A stretch of 64,000 nt of DNA from Paraglomus brasilianum (GCA_910592345.1 CAJVPI010000030.1:1-64000); one strand, 5' to 3'. Shown: positions 39,954 to 52,796, numbered from the stretch's first letter. The notes: generated by a model from the sequence alone, not told the origin. Numbers and translations are program-made.

Positions 39954-40598
39954 CAGTCGCACCTCGATATAGTCACTCTCGATATAGTCACATTTGCAAT
40001 ATAGTTCACATGACCATCCATACGATCAACCAGTCAAAAATAGACCATTCCCAAATTCCAGCTGCTCCACATACTTAGCTAGTGTTAAAGTGCGAAGAGT
40101 TACATTTTTTAAGGAAAATGCATAAGCAATATCGACTAGAATACGAAAAATTAAAAAAACAAAACAAACTTCAATTGCGGAGTTTTTTTATAATAAAAAT
40201 CAAACAATTATGCAGCAGTTTTTTTAAAATAAATAAGAAATTATGAATTAACAATGCATGATTATTGATATAATACAAGTGGCTCTCGATATAAGAACCC
40301 TTCGATATAAGAAAATTTCGATATAAGAAAGTATTTTTGCTGGACCCGATTTAAAATCTCATAACAAATGACTCTCGTTATAAGAGATTTTCGATATAAG
40401 AAAAGAATTTGTTGGGTCCCGATCACTTTCTTATATCGAGAGCCACTTGTAATACATATAATATTACCTTCGTACAGTCACATAATTTAGTAACAGGCCT
40501 ATTGGGTGACTATATGAAGGGAATTCGATATAATCATACCTTGTTATAGTCACTCACTTTTCGTATCCCGACGCCGTGACTATATCGAGGTGCGACTG
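39954..40598. mobile_element. Tc1/pogo-type MITE with 23-bp TIR CAGTCGCACCTCGATATAGTCAC
   Basis: Perfect inverted repeats at 39954-39976 and 40576-40598; TA on the right flank (GA on the left); internal 'gatatagtcac'-like subrepeats. Confidence 0.88.
40276..40449. mobile_element. 174-bp MITE nested in the 39954-40598 element; TIR CAAGTGGCTCTCGATATAAGAA, TA target-site duplication
   Basis: Perfect 22-bp TIRs flanked by TA on both sides; several internal 'tcgatataaga' motifs. Confidence 0.92.
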
Positions 40599-41043
40599 TA
40601 TTTACTACGGAGTTAACAATTTCTTGGTTTTGCGGAATCTGATGCTTCCAGTATTCACAATTTCCCGCTTATTTATGATTTTGTGAAATACAAAATTTGG
40701 CCTATCGAGGGAATGTTTAATAAGTATGATATGAGAACTGATCCTAATCAGAAAACAACATTACAAGAGGCCCGAATGCAGCTAACCTGTTCCGCTGAGA
40801 AACCAGTTACTGGAGAATGTTGAAGAAAGTTCGTAGGGAATTAGAGAGAACGGAAGATGAACTAGAAGATTTGGAGAGGATGCGGCGAAGTCTATATTAC
40901 AAGCTTACGTTAAAAAAATTTTTTGTGAATATTAATGTAATAAATTATGTTAAAGTACGATGATCTCATGTGACTTCCTAACAGCTGCCTAATTTCACTA
41001 GTTCTGGTTAAGAGCTATCTTAGTTGCTAAATTTAACGTTGAG

Positions 41044-41257
41044 TGCCGATCATTCACCGATCATTTTCGATACTTCAAATCGCCAGGGCTTTGAAGGAAG
41101 CAAGCTACACTCATAAATACTATAACGCCTGCACAATAGCACTACTTTTTCGTTTTCTTTGACCAAATTGATATAGTCTTTGTGAGTGTAGCTTGCTTCC
41201 TTCAAAAACCTTAGGGATTTGAAGTTTGTATGTTTTTATTATCAAAAATGATCGGCA
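41044..41257. repeat. Foldback inverted repeat (arms of ~70-85 nt, loop of ~45 nt)
   Basis: 'acttcaaatcgccagggctttgaaggaagcaagctacactcataaatactata' pairs with 'tatagtctttgtgagtgtagcttgcttccttcaaaaaccttagggatttgaagt'; outer 'ccgatcatttt' pairs with 'aaaaatgatcgg'. Confidence 0.85.
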
Positions 41258-41598
41258 GAAAAAACCCCCCAATTACGACTTAATCCAGATTTTTAAAGTG
41301 GATTATTATTATGTTTGTCTAAGCGCTCGACTAGTGTATTTATTGTATCTTTACACAGCGTAAAAAAAAAAAGAATATTGTTCCTGCCATGCCTAATTCC
41401 TGTTGTACATTTTTTTTTTGATGATATTTGTATCTCACTATAAAATAACTAAATGTATTATCTAGCCATTTTTTTTAAAAACTCTAACGCATCAACTTTA
41501 TTATAAACAAAAAAAAACAAAAAAAACAGAAAACACAACAGATATGAACACCGCGCATCCACCGCCCCTTACCCTTTTTTTTTGATTTTTCCCCCCAC

Positions 41599-44412
41599 TC
41601 ACTGTGCATAGATTCCCCTCCAACTGCTTCCATCACTCTCAATTTTCTCCAACAATCCCTCCTTCTTCGTGATATACATCTCATTCATACGCTTTACAGG
41701 AACTGGTTCTAGTGGATCGACTACCTGTGAAGGAATCTGAGATTGAGCTGCGGGTAGGGGAGGTATTACGGGAGTAGATGGCGAATACACGTACGAAGGT
41801 GCGGGAGTCATACTTAATGGGTTATATGCAGGTGGTGGCGCTTGTGATGGGGGGCTTGATAAAATGTTTAGGTTGGTGGAAAGGAAAAAAGAGGGGGATA
41901 ATAAGATGATTGACAGGGTTAAGTGAGAAGTGAGACGCGATTTGGGTTAGACGTTGAAAGAAAAGTGACATTTGTTAGAGAAATATTTATCTATAGTTGT
42001 GATAACCATTAAATCGATCATAATGACCAAATAACAACCGAACGAAAACCTAATATGGTTACACTAGTAACTGCAGTATAATAGCCATTGCAGTCCTAAT
42101 TATACAACCACCACAGCAGTTATAGTGGTAACCACGCTAGCTTTGTACACATATAAACGATAATAAATCAATATAATTATTACCGATACGCGCCCATGGA
42201 ACTCTTGTCAGTCTGAGATCGACCCCACGACAACCGGACCCGCGAATTTCCTGCATATACAAATATGGGATGGCATCTTTAATTTCTATTCCCCGTCACT
42301 TCATCGCTGTCTATCTGATGCAAATACCCTCCTTATTTACACCTACCAATCGGATAGTGTTGCATTTGATTGATAGCCATTTCTGCACTTTGCCTATGAA
42401 CAAATTGTACAAAGCCGCATCCCTTGCCCGGTGGGATCTTAACATAGGTAATCTCACCAAACCCAGCAAAGTAGCTGCGGGACAGACGTGACAGCACAAG
42501 TTAGTGTCAAAATATCATTAAACGCACGGTAGACATTTTTGGATAAACGACTTTGTAAAGGTTTCAGCTAATACGATGTCTATTTTATCTTTGTTGTTAC
42601 ATTTAAATTATCTATATATCAATCAATATCCATATACATGTACCTTCGTAGCTCTTCTTCACTATTAACCCCAGACAATCCACCAACAAACACAGTAGTA
42701 TTATTCGGATCATTATATTGACTAATGTTTGGGTTATTTTGAGGTGGCTGTTGATAATATCCTGTTGCAGTTGTCTGCATCGGATTGGTGGCACCCTTGT
42801 TCTTGGGTGTTGCCGTTGAAATACGCATTGGGCGATTTCCGCAATAGAGTCCCTGCATTTCGACTAGAGCACGCTGTTGCTCGGACTCGTCAGCGAATCG
42901 TACAAAGCCGTAACCTTAAGGAAGAAAAGCATGTTGAGATTACTGGATTGGAACGTGTATACATATACATATACATATGTATATCTACATATCTTGCATA
43001 TCTTGCATGTATAACTTACCACGTGACATTCCCGTCATGGGATCAGTCATAATTTTTGCTGACTTACAACTGGAATATCGTTGCTGGAAGACAGACTAGG
43101 AAACAAAATTAATGCATTAACATAAATTTAGTAGATGCAACAATTCCTATTACTTTGAATATTCACATCTATGTGTATAGCCTTATTACTCATTTGATAT
43201 ACTACATACATACCACAAGCATCCATTCTGTCACTTCAGGCCCTAGATCACCCACGAAGATCGAGTACTCTGGTCCACGATCGTCTCTACTCCAATATCG
43301 AATAAAAGGATAGTACAAATATAATGAAATAATCCGAATACAGTTACAAGTGCTCCACACCCGATGAAATATAATCCCTAATAATTCATTCTCCTGCTAT
43401 AGTTTCAAACATACTTCCTGTCACTCAATCCGCCACCAGATGCCCAATTCAACTTGAACATACGATTTGTACCAGGAATGGGCGTTCCATTGACAGTGGT
43501 GAGTGCTTTGACTGCAGCAGCATTGCTCACGAAATCCACAAAGCAGTAGCCCGCGTTAGCACTGTATTGCCCATAACCCCGTAAGAAATTTTATAAATAT
43601 GGTTAGTATGTGTGACGTTAGTTGATATAAAAATACAAGATGTGCGCCCGATATACTCAAATATATACTGACTATATTAGAACACGAAAGATTTCAAAGC
43701 CATTCGAGTCTTTTTGTTCAGTTCACATATTTAAGCTATTTCCCTCAAGTTAACTCACCCCGTGAATTTGTCCCGAATAAATTTCACGTTCACTTGTTCC
43801 CCCATTTGGTACCAGAGACCTCGTATGTAGCCCTCATCCATCCATGGCTCAAGCTCACCCATCCTGGAATATATACGTAACAAGGGAGAGAGTAAAACGA
43901 AAAAGGGGAGAGAATGAGGAGGAGAAGCGAGGATTAAAAAGAAAAGAGGTAAATTAATAGAGTAAAAGGATGTTAGAAGGGTAGGAGAGCATTTGAGCAT
44001 CGAGAAGGCAAAAACGCAGTGGGATTGAGTATGAGCGAAATATGTAAGTGATAGCATTCGTACGTTGAGTATATCATATTTAGATATAAAGATCAATGTT
44101 CCAACTCATATCCCCCAATCGTGGTGTCAATGCAATATCTTCGTGTCTCTCCTCGCGTCTTACCTCTTATACTAACACATAACGACATGGTATGCGTGAT
44201 ATATTACTACACTAAACGATGCTACACTATGTCCCAATCCAATACATAAACTATTTCTTTTTCCCTCTTCTCTCTATAGTTTTCCACGTCTAGTCTCCTC
44301 TACCCGCACTTCCAACATGATCTCAAATAACGTACCATAACGTAGTCTTGTTATCCATAGCGCCCCCATACTGCTGCTGTTGTTGATGATATTGATCATA
44401 CTGATACGACAT
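41599..44412 (-). CDS. Three-RRM RNA-binding protein, NAM8/NGR1/Csx1/TRNAU1AP family; exons 44412-44336, 43863-43759, 43561-43415, 43286-43214, 43095-43020, 42914-42644, 42474-42347, 42250-42184, 41854-41599
   Basis: '[15 protein letters not shown]', 'NAGYCFVDF', '[10 protein letters not shown]', '[13 protein letters not shown]', 'SRGYGFVRF', '[11 protein letters not shown]', '[12 protein letters not shown]', '[14 protein letters not shown]', 'RVRLSWGRS', '[16 protein letters not shown]'. All nine exons join in frame at GT-AG sites. Confidence 0.93.
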
Positions 44413-45135
44413 ATTTATTGATTACTTTACACTAAACCAAAAATATTCAACCCTGATCGGAGTATTTTCCTATTTATTATCCTACACAATACCACTCGAT
44501 AGTACTTGGGAGACGTAAAACTCCTTCGAGGCTATATATATGACGTGACGTTCGTTAGTCGTATAGATTACAACTGGACATTAAAAGACAAGGGCGTACT
44601 CGTGGACGGATAAACAGGAACAACTTAGAGGAGGGGAAGGGGGGAATATATAGAGCTTATCGTTTATTGGGTAGTATTTTTTTGACGGAAAGAGGAAAAC
44701 GGGGATTTATATTTTTGAGAGAATCAGGTGACATTGGTGTTAAACATTGTCGCGTGCGAATGATGTGATTGGATAAATATGGTTTAGTTGACACTGAACT
44801 TTTGTAAACTTTGGTTTGGCCCCCTGAATTCTGCAATGCAGATTAGTATGATAAGGAGCTATATTTGTGTGGGGAAAAATGAGTGTAAAGATTGAAAATG
44901 CACGAAGCAACGAACGTACGACAATAAGACTTAGTATTTACAATTAGAGATTATCAGACAGTTTATTACACGTTGATAACTATGCACAACTGGGTCGCAG
45001 GCTATCTGAGATTCCAACACCTTCTATGGCGATAATATATCAATGTCAGTAGGATTGAAATATTAATTATCACACACATATGAACATCACACTTACGCAT
45101 GCGATTGTTCTAACCTTCTTCCTCAGCATTGCTGT

Positions 45136-46958
45136 TTAGCCGACGATTTCTTCCTTTGATTTCTCACGCAAACCCATTATATGCTTCTCGGCTTTGGTGA
45201 TGTGAGATTTCGAAAATGCAGAATAGCCTGTGCTAGTTGATTTGCATTCCTTTAAAGTTTTCCCAAAGGTTTGAATATCACGTGATTGGTATGCCATATA
45301 CATTCTTACACATATTACTCTTATTTATACCTACATCGCCAAAATGTCCTCTTACTCCACATGTATAACAAAAACTTCTCACGTTTTTGCCAAAGTCACA
45401 ATCCACTTCATATTTATATTTTCTCCATACATCCTGAATAAAGTACAATTAACGTGAGTACATGTTTCTCATAGATGCAAGCGCACAGGTCAAAATATAA
45501 CTGAAATAACAACTAACTTCAAGCTTATTAGCAGAGCGGACAGCACTTTGGTTTATTTTACGATTACGAGAACAATTGATTTTCAGATGACCGAGCTGCT
45601 TACAGAGAGGACAATGATTGAGCATAAAATATCTATTGGATTTCTACAGAAAATATTGGATGGAGATAATTAGATCCTGCTGGACATATTGCATAATTGG
45701 CATGCTTTGCACGGTATTATTTTTAAAGATAGGAACAAATTCGTTACCCTCACTGGTGGCCCACCAAACTCCTCGGACAGATCAACTGCATCGGTGGATG
45801 TAGTAGTATTTGTTGCTGATATTAACTGTATTGCAAATGGTTCTTCTGCGTCTAATACTTCATTTTCTACTTCATTTTCTTCTTCGTGTTCTTCTCCCTC
45901 GTCATTATCCTCTCCCTCGTCTGTATCTCCGTCTTCCGGTATGTATATAGGGTTGTCTTCCAGTATGTATATAGGGTTGTCAATCCTATCACCCAGTCTC
46001 ATACTCTTAAAGCTCCCATCTCCCATCCGAAATCCAATTCTATCTCTCATTCTCGCACTCATTCTTCGACCTATACTCACATGCACCTCTCCATTTGCCC
46101 AATCTTCATCGTCCTCTAATGTAATAATGTCCCTGTCATCCTTATTTCTATTTGGTAACTGCATTCTTACATGAGCGTGATTAATACCGTATTTTGACTC
46201 TTCAATATCTGAAAAGTTGAGATTGGTGGGATTGGTACGTGGAGGAGAGGATGGAGAGGATGACGAAGAAGATGAAGTCTTGAGAATATAATACGAGCTA
46301 TGAGAGGAAGCAGATTGAGTTTGGGTTTGGGATCTTATTGATATTGAAGATTGACTCGCCGAAGAAGTCCGCGAGGGAGTTTCAAAAGAACTACCGAAGG
46401 TAGTTATTTTCGAAGGTGTATTCAAGAGTGGTGAAGGAGAACTATTCTGTAAAGTGCTCAAAGAGGACGTATCAGTCAACGATAGTCTACTCAACGTTGA
46501 TGTTGATGATGGAGTGTCCTCTGTTACTCTGCTCGATTTATTGGTCTGCTGTTGTTGCTGCTGTTGCTGCTGTTGTTGATTTTGTTTTCCATTCGATTGT
46601 CTCATTGATTGAGCATCGTTCGTTCGTTTATCGCTGTGCACTGACGTAGATAGTTTTTGCCGTTTCGGTTGGGGGGGTGATATTGAAACTGGGCCACTTG
46701 TATAATATACACAACTAAGGAGTTTCTCTGTTTCTTCGTCGCTTAGTCTACCTTCGCTTAGATTACTGGGTGGAGTTGGTGAGTATGGTTGCGTTTTCGG
46801 AAAGAGTGTATAATTGAGTATGTTGCGGTAATAACCGTTATATTATTTGTAGTTGTATCTAACCGTTACCTATCGCTGATCTCGTGGTCGAGTGGATCTC
46901 GGTATATTTCGTTTTCATATCGAAGTGTCTCTTCGTACAATTCTTCGTCACTATTCAT
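45136..46958 (-). CDS. Air1/Air2/ZCCHC7-like zinc-knuckle protein (TRAMP subunit); exons 46958-46870, 46765-45748, 45643-45518, 45433-45335, 45249-45136
   Basis: Long S/Q/E-rich N-terminus, then 'RYF' + CPLCKQLGHLKINC (CCHC), 'DVWRKY' (Air-type IWRxY motif), 'CYTCGVRGHFGDEC' (CCHC) and 'SAFS'. Confidence 0.75.
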
Positions 46959-48181
46959 TCTTTACTCGTTATCTCCAGGAAATTATTTCCCTTCAACGTA
47001 CACACAAGATAATCCAGTAATAAGTTAAATCTTCTAATGAACCAAGCCGAGCGTATGAGAATGTATGTTAAAATTGGAGGAACGTGAGCTGAGGTGTTTG
47101 TTGTTGCCATTATTATAATCATGAGCCATTACTGCCGCAGTAGGAACAGATCAGCATCAGCCGTGACATTTAATATTAATATTAACAGGCATATATTCTT
47201 ATTGACCTTTAAAGGCTTGAATTCTCAGCTTGCCACTTCCAAAAGAAACATGCTCTAATAATGGCATTACCAATTAAATAGAAGCCATGATTAGGTACGA
47301 TTAAGTTAGCTTTTATATTAATGTTATAATGATAACGTATAAAGATGTAGCAGACTTTAGGGTAACACACGATTTTTTCGGTATTAACGTAGTTGAGATT
47401 GGCCAAAAAGCCGCTTCAAAACTAATCATGATAATAATAATAACCATAATTTGTAGGCTGGTTTTGTTGATGTTTACTTGCCTTACAAAGCAAAGCACAT
47501 TATTATGTTCATACTAATACGGCCACCATAATAAATGATTTCACGACAGCACATAGATTTAACACCTGATTCAACTCTGTATTGGGGAAAGCATAGTAGC
47601 AATAATATTAAATAGTCAATGCTGGCCATTTTTGATATTTGAATAATATATTATCGAAATATTTCAAAGCTTTCTTAATCGAGTCGCGTAAAAAGCTTGT
47701 ATTAATTTCTAAAAATTAATGGCACAAAGAACTTCTTGAGGTATTATGCAAAATTCAGCCAATCAAAAACGGTCGACTTTATCCAATTGGGAAAACTGCC
47801 GTCATAATCGGTAGCGCATTCTAATACTGGTCTTATTATAGTTGTGTGTGCTGCATAGACATGCTTGCGTTTTGTTCATAGACATTGTCAAAGTCATTCG
47901 ATCTCTACATGCCGGTTGACAATATTTGTTGTCCTCTGATAAATGATCTCAGACTTCTCTAAAACTACTGTATTTATTGTATTTCAAGGATCGGGGAATA
48001 AGATTATGTGTTTGTTACACGGCCAACTAATTTAACTGTGATTGAAATTGTCAGGGTTGCCCAACTGACACCTTCTCCAAAATCATCTACCTTCTTATTC
48101 CCCACAAATTCATTGAGCCGCTATCTGACCCAGTCAGAGAAGATCGCATATCTTCTGAAAACTAATAGAAAATCTGTCAAG

Positions 48182-50012
48182 ATGATTATCAAGGAATACC
48201 AAGTTGTTAACAACTGTACTTGTGACGAGTATCAGGTAAAAAGGAGATCGAAAATAGACCTAGGCTATGAGTGGAGTGTTTGATTTGGAACTGGAGGAGT
48301 ATGTGTTCGTGGAGAAAAGCATGGAGAAATCGTGCGTTACGGAAAATAAACCGAGAGCGTACAAAATAGAATGTTTGATATAGTGATTCCCATTCACCCA
48401 TGTTCTTACTAGCCTTGCCCGCTTTAATAACCCATCGATTTTACTTTGCTTGTTACTAATAATCCCCAGGTTGCTCAATTGTACGGAGTAGCCGAGGCTT
48501 CTAAAGCCGAGACTGGAGGCGGAGAGGGCGTTGAAGTGATCAAGAATGAGCCATATTCGGATGAAAATGGCAAAGGACAATACACTTACAAGATCTATCA
48601 TTTTTCCAGGTTTGGGTTGTGTGAGATAATATTCGTGCTATATTTACAACATAGTTATACTTACCAATTTATTTGTATTAGTAAAGTGCCAGCTATTATC
48701 AGAGTACTAGCACCCAGTGGCGCTCTTGAATTATACGAAGAAGCCTGGAATGCATACCCACATTGCAAGACAGGTAAGGAATAAAGATTATGATTCTGTT
48801 GTAGTAGATACGTAACTGTACTAAATAACTTGTAATATTTATTTTAACTGATCAAAGTTTTGACTGTAAGTAATCGGAAAGAAGAAACTCATATTTGGAC
48901 ATGCGCCACGAACGATCTCGTTATCCCACTAAACTTATCGCTCTCTATCGTAGAATGGATATATGAAAGAAAATTTCAAACTAGTCACCGAATCCTTGCA
49001 CGTTGATGGCAGCAGAGGAGAAATAGAAAATGTAATTACATATAGTCGTTTTGAGTAGTCAGCATAGCATTTGATTCCTTTACAAATATTTTATCAATTT
49101 CCCTTTTTTTTTAAACAGGCTCTTGGAAGCTCTCCAGAAATTCTTGCTCAACGTGAAGTCGTCCTCATCGACGTAGCGAATGACAAGATCGAAGCAAAAG
49201 ATTACAAGGAGGAAGAAGATCCCCAACTCTACACTTCTCAACGCACTGGACGTGGGCCTCTAAATGCAGACTGGATTGTAACGACGAATTTTCATTTTAA
49301 GTGTGGTTGAGTCTGCTGATTAGTTAACTTTGATCGAGATTTGTATGATTGATTTGAAGTTGGATGCGTTGGATTGATTATTGTATAACTGTAGAAAACG
49401 GTCACACCCGTGATGACGTGTTACAAGTTGGTTACGGTGGAATTCAAATGGTTCGGACTACAGAATAAGATTGAGGCTTTTATCCATAGCGTAAGCGCAA
49501 TTTAGTGATTGGCTAAATGAGATAAATAGACTTAATCTATTTTGAGGGAGACGGGGATAGATTGACTAACAGTTTGGAATGCACTTGCCAATCACATAGG
49601 TAATGCAATCACTCTTCACTAAATTCCACAGACAGCTCTTCTGCTGGACTGATAGGTGGTACGGAATGACCTTGGATGATATCAGAGAATTAGAAGAAAG
49701 GACAAAAAGGGATCTCGACGAGGTATGAAAGACCAAGAGCATTACTAACGATAGACTATCGATTCGGAAGACAATAATTTAGTGATGATAAAAATATTTC
49801 TACTTTACTCTTTTTTTCTTTCCTTCATCTCCTTTATTTGTATTGCGTTTTACATTCTCGATGTTCTCACAATTGAATTTTACTTTCATGCACGCTTCCT
49901 ACTAACCTGTAATCTCTCTTCCCAACAGTCTCGCGCAAAACCACCACCCACAACAACCCAAACAACTCAAAAAGCCCGAAAAACCCAAACTACTGAAGCT
50001 CCTAACAAATGA
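48182..50012 (+). CDS. Phosphatidylinositol transfer protein, START-like PITP-alpha/beta class; exons 48182-48235, 48470-48609, 48682-48773, 48858-48865, 48954-49031, 49119-49277, 49395-49490, 49600-49722, 49929-50012
   Basis: 'MIIKEY...[30 protein letters not shown]', 'GQYTYKIYH', '[11 protein letters not shown]', 'TGRGPL...W', '[17 protein letters not shown]', '[24 protein letters not shown]'. Confidence 0.95.
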
Positions 50013-50094
50013 GATATATTTCTCTTTCATCCAATATCGCCTTGCTTCCTTGCCTAATCGAACAAGGTGCAAGTAATTATCGGCTCTTTCCCCT

Positions 50095-50760
50095 TTATTG
50101 CAGAAGAATATTGACTGCCATGGCTATACATGCGAGCGCAACATATGGACTCAGACGTTCTCCTGGAGAAATGTTAACGTAGAGGTGTAGTGGGGATAGA
50201 AAATATGTGGTTGGAAGGTTTGAATAAAGGGGAATTAATTTATGTCTTTGAAATACGATGGAGAAGAATGCAATCGATGGAGAACTGTCATGTTTTCGAG
50301 TGAAAACTTTTTCAAAAGCGAAAATGGGAAACTAACCTATTCTCGCGGCTTTCCAGAATAAACCGAGCAAACTGAGAAAGGTGAAAAGTGGAATGATGAT
50401 ATTAATCAAGGGTCGCAATTGTCAATAATAAATAATAACAACAGCCCTGGCCAAACGTTGTGTCTTCCAGTGCTTAGTGTTACAGCTATTATTCTAAAAC
50501 CTGACTGCCTGTTCGGCCCATTCCTCCGAGTTATTGCTGATTGACTTGCTCACCCTGTCTTGTTACGCACTAACAGCATTGGAGCTTTAGAGTTGACATA
50601 GGTACACGTACAGATCACTAGTAATATCACTAGTAGCAAGCTTTGAAAGTTGAATAGTGCAGACTATACAACAACAAGAAGCATAACCTGATTAATATCG
50701 AACAATATTAATATCGCTTGACATATTGTCTCTAATATTCGACAGAATTCTACTCACCAT
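50095..50760 (-). CDS. KSH1: Protein Kish (TMEM167/Ksh1), small Golgi secretory-pathway membrane protein; exons 50760-50758 (ATG only), 50663-50554, 50381-50337, 50162-50095
   Basis: Spliced translation [71 protein letters not shown], which matches the Kish family signature. Canonical GT-AG introns. Not in the ORF track. Confidence 0.93.
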
Positions 50761-51457
50761 TACCCACTTGCGTTATAAAGCCAGAGTTGTTTGAAAACAG
50801 TGAGAAATGAATTTAACCGATTATCACGTGAAAGTGGCAATCAAAATAATAATCATATCTTAGTATTAGCAGTAAGCGCAAGCTTTCTTGTTGTATGTAG
50901 GACAAGAGCTGTTGGCTTTTAGGACTATCTTATATTCTATCGCTTTTATTTGTCTTGCTCGAGACGTCTAATGTAGTAATGTTATTGGGGACGGACGCGT
51001 GTTAATTGCAATTCTACATACAGTACTAATATGCTTGGGTATTAGTTTGTTGACGTAGCCCGGTTTTTGCCGTTGTATTCATAATTATGATGATAGCTTT
51101 CTACAATGACATACTTCGAGACTGGTTTTCCGTGCCAAGACTTGTTAATTCGCGCCGTTTAATTGACGGATAACCTCTCCCCCCCTCCACCATTGGTTTG
51201 TAGTCACTTAATTATGCCACGTGTCCATAAAGCTTGATTAAAATCTGTCATGTGGCATATTCGATATCGGACTACAACCGATTATAGTGTTGAAAAGTTC
51301 GTTTTTATTATTTATTGTGCATCCTGATATTTACTTTTTTTTTCCACTCGGTCGAACTATACAATGAACTGTATTTAATTATTGTTGAAACTTTCTTTTA
51401 TCAAACTCACTCGATACATACGCCAGCTGTTTATTCAGAAACAAAGCATACACCAAA

Positions 51458-52796
51458 ATGATTCGTTCTCAACACCACTCGACTATTACTGCCACCACAC
51501 CGCCATCTCCCTCTCCTCCCTCTCTTACCGCTACCGCCTCTACCACATCCAAAGACCATGCTTCAAACTCACAACAACTCTCTTGGGAGTTTCTTCGAAG
51601 GCAGGCACGGCAGCTAGAGAGCGAGATCGAGAATAAACTATCTGCGTATGCAAAGTTGGCTAGCGGTTATGGAAGAGAAAGAGGCGGAACTGGGGGTGGG
51701 ATAACAGGACTAAGTGCTGAAGCTATGGAAGCAGAGATTGACGAGTTGATAAAGAAGGTATGATCGGTGCATCTAAAGTCGAATCATTCTCTGTAAATGC
51801 TAAAGTTGTCTGCGTTCGTTTTTTCAGTTGACGCTGGTGGTTAATTCGATGGCAGAGCTTTTGGATCGACCATCATCGGCGCCAGCAAGTTCCTCGATGA
51901 TGCATATGCTACAGCGACACAGAGACATTCTTTACGATTATTCTAAAGAATTCAAAAAGACAAAGGTATGTATGATACGACAGAGTGAGTGAATGCTAGC
52001 CCAAGTGCGAGATGGTTGTTATTAAGTGATTAACGTTAAGGAGTGATTCTTGTGTTAGTCTAATATCCAAGCTGCTAGGGATCACGCCGACCTGCTGCGT
52101 TCTGTAAGAGACGAAATAAGGTGAGAATCATGATTGAGGGTGTTGTTATCATTATGATGATGTGTCCATTCCCAATCGCGGTGCTTTTCCCAATCGCGGT
52201 GCTTTTCCCAAAAGCTATTATACACATGATACTAATTTTTATCCTTTGGTTTATGTCTTGTCGTCTATCACATCGCAATTCCCTTTAGTTTACATAAATC
52301 AGGCACATCAAGTGAGACAGACTACTTTCTAAACGAACGAGCGAGGATTGAGAATTCCCACCATATAACCGATATGGTGATTGAGTATGTAGTCCGATAG
52401 GAGACATGGCAATTGCGTGTTCGGTGTTAGCGTTAAGAGTATAGCGACTTTGTATTATCAATATAACGCATACTAATATATTTTGCATGTGTAATCGTAG
52501 GCAAGCATATAGTACAAGGGAAGAAATCGGTAGACAGCGTTCGATTCTTTCCAAAGCAAATAGACGCATGGTAGGAGTAGCAAGTACGTAAAGTAAAAAT
52601 GTTGGAATAAAAATTTATAAAATGACTCGCGCTGTATATATTAAACGCATTTTACTTTTATTTTATAGATTTATTCCCAGGCATTAGTACTCTGATTAGA
52701 AGAATACACGTTCGCAAGCGACGCGATTCACTAATACTCGCATCGGTGATATCTATATGTATCATTCTACTATTTCTGTATATTCGACATACTTAG
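51458..52796 (+). CDS. GOS1: Golgi SNARE Gos1/GOSR1; exons 51458-51757, 51828-51965, 52059-52120, 52289-52384, 52501-52583, 52669-52796
   Basis: 'SWEFLRRQARQLESEIENKLSAY', 'HMLQRHRDILYDYSKEF', 'DYFLNERARIENSH', 'QAYSTRE', 'FPGISTLIRRIHVRKRRDSLILASVI' plus C-terminal TM anchor. Confidence 0.93.

Noticed and set aside
40276..40449. Regularly recurring 'tcgatataaga' units resembling a CRISPR array
   Set aside because: Units are short, irregularly spaced and enclosed by TIRs with a TA TSD, in a eukaryotic context with no cas genes.
45689..46174. 161-aa Ser-rich plus-strand ORF
   Set aside because: Antisense of the acidic region of the Air-like gene.
47200..47630. Possible small spliced gene between the Air-like and PITP genes
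   Set aside because: No exon combination I tried gave a recognisable or convincingly open protein.
52171..52209. 19-bp tandem duplication in a GOS1 intron
   Set aside because: Simple slippage duplication with no sign of function.
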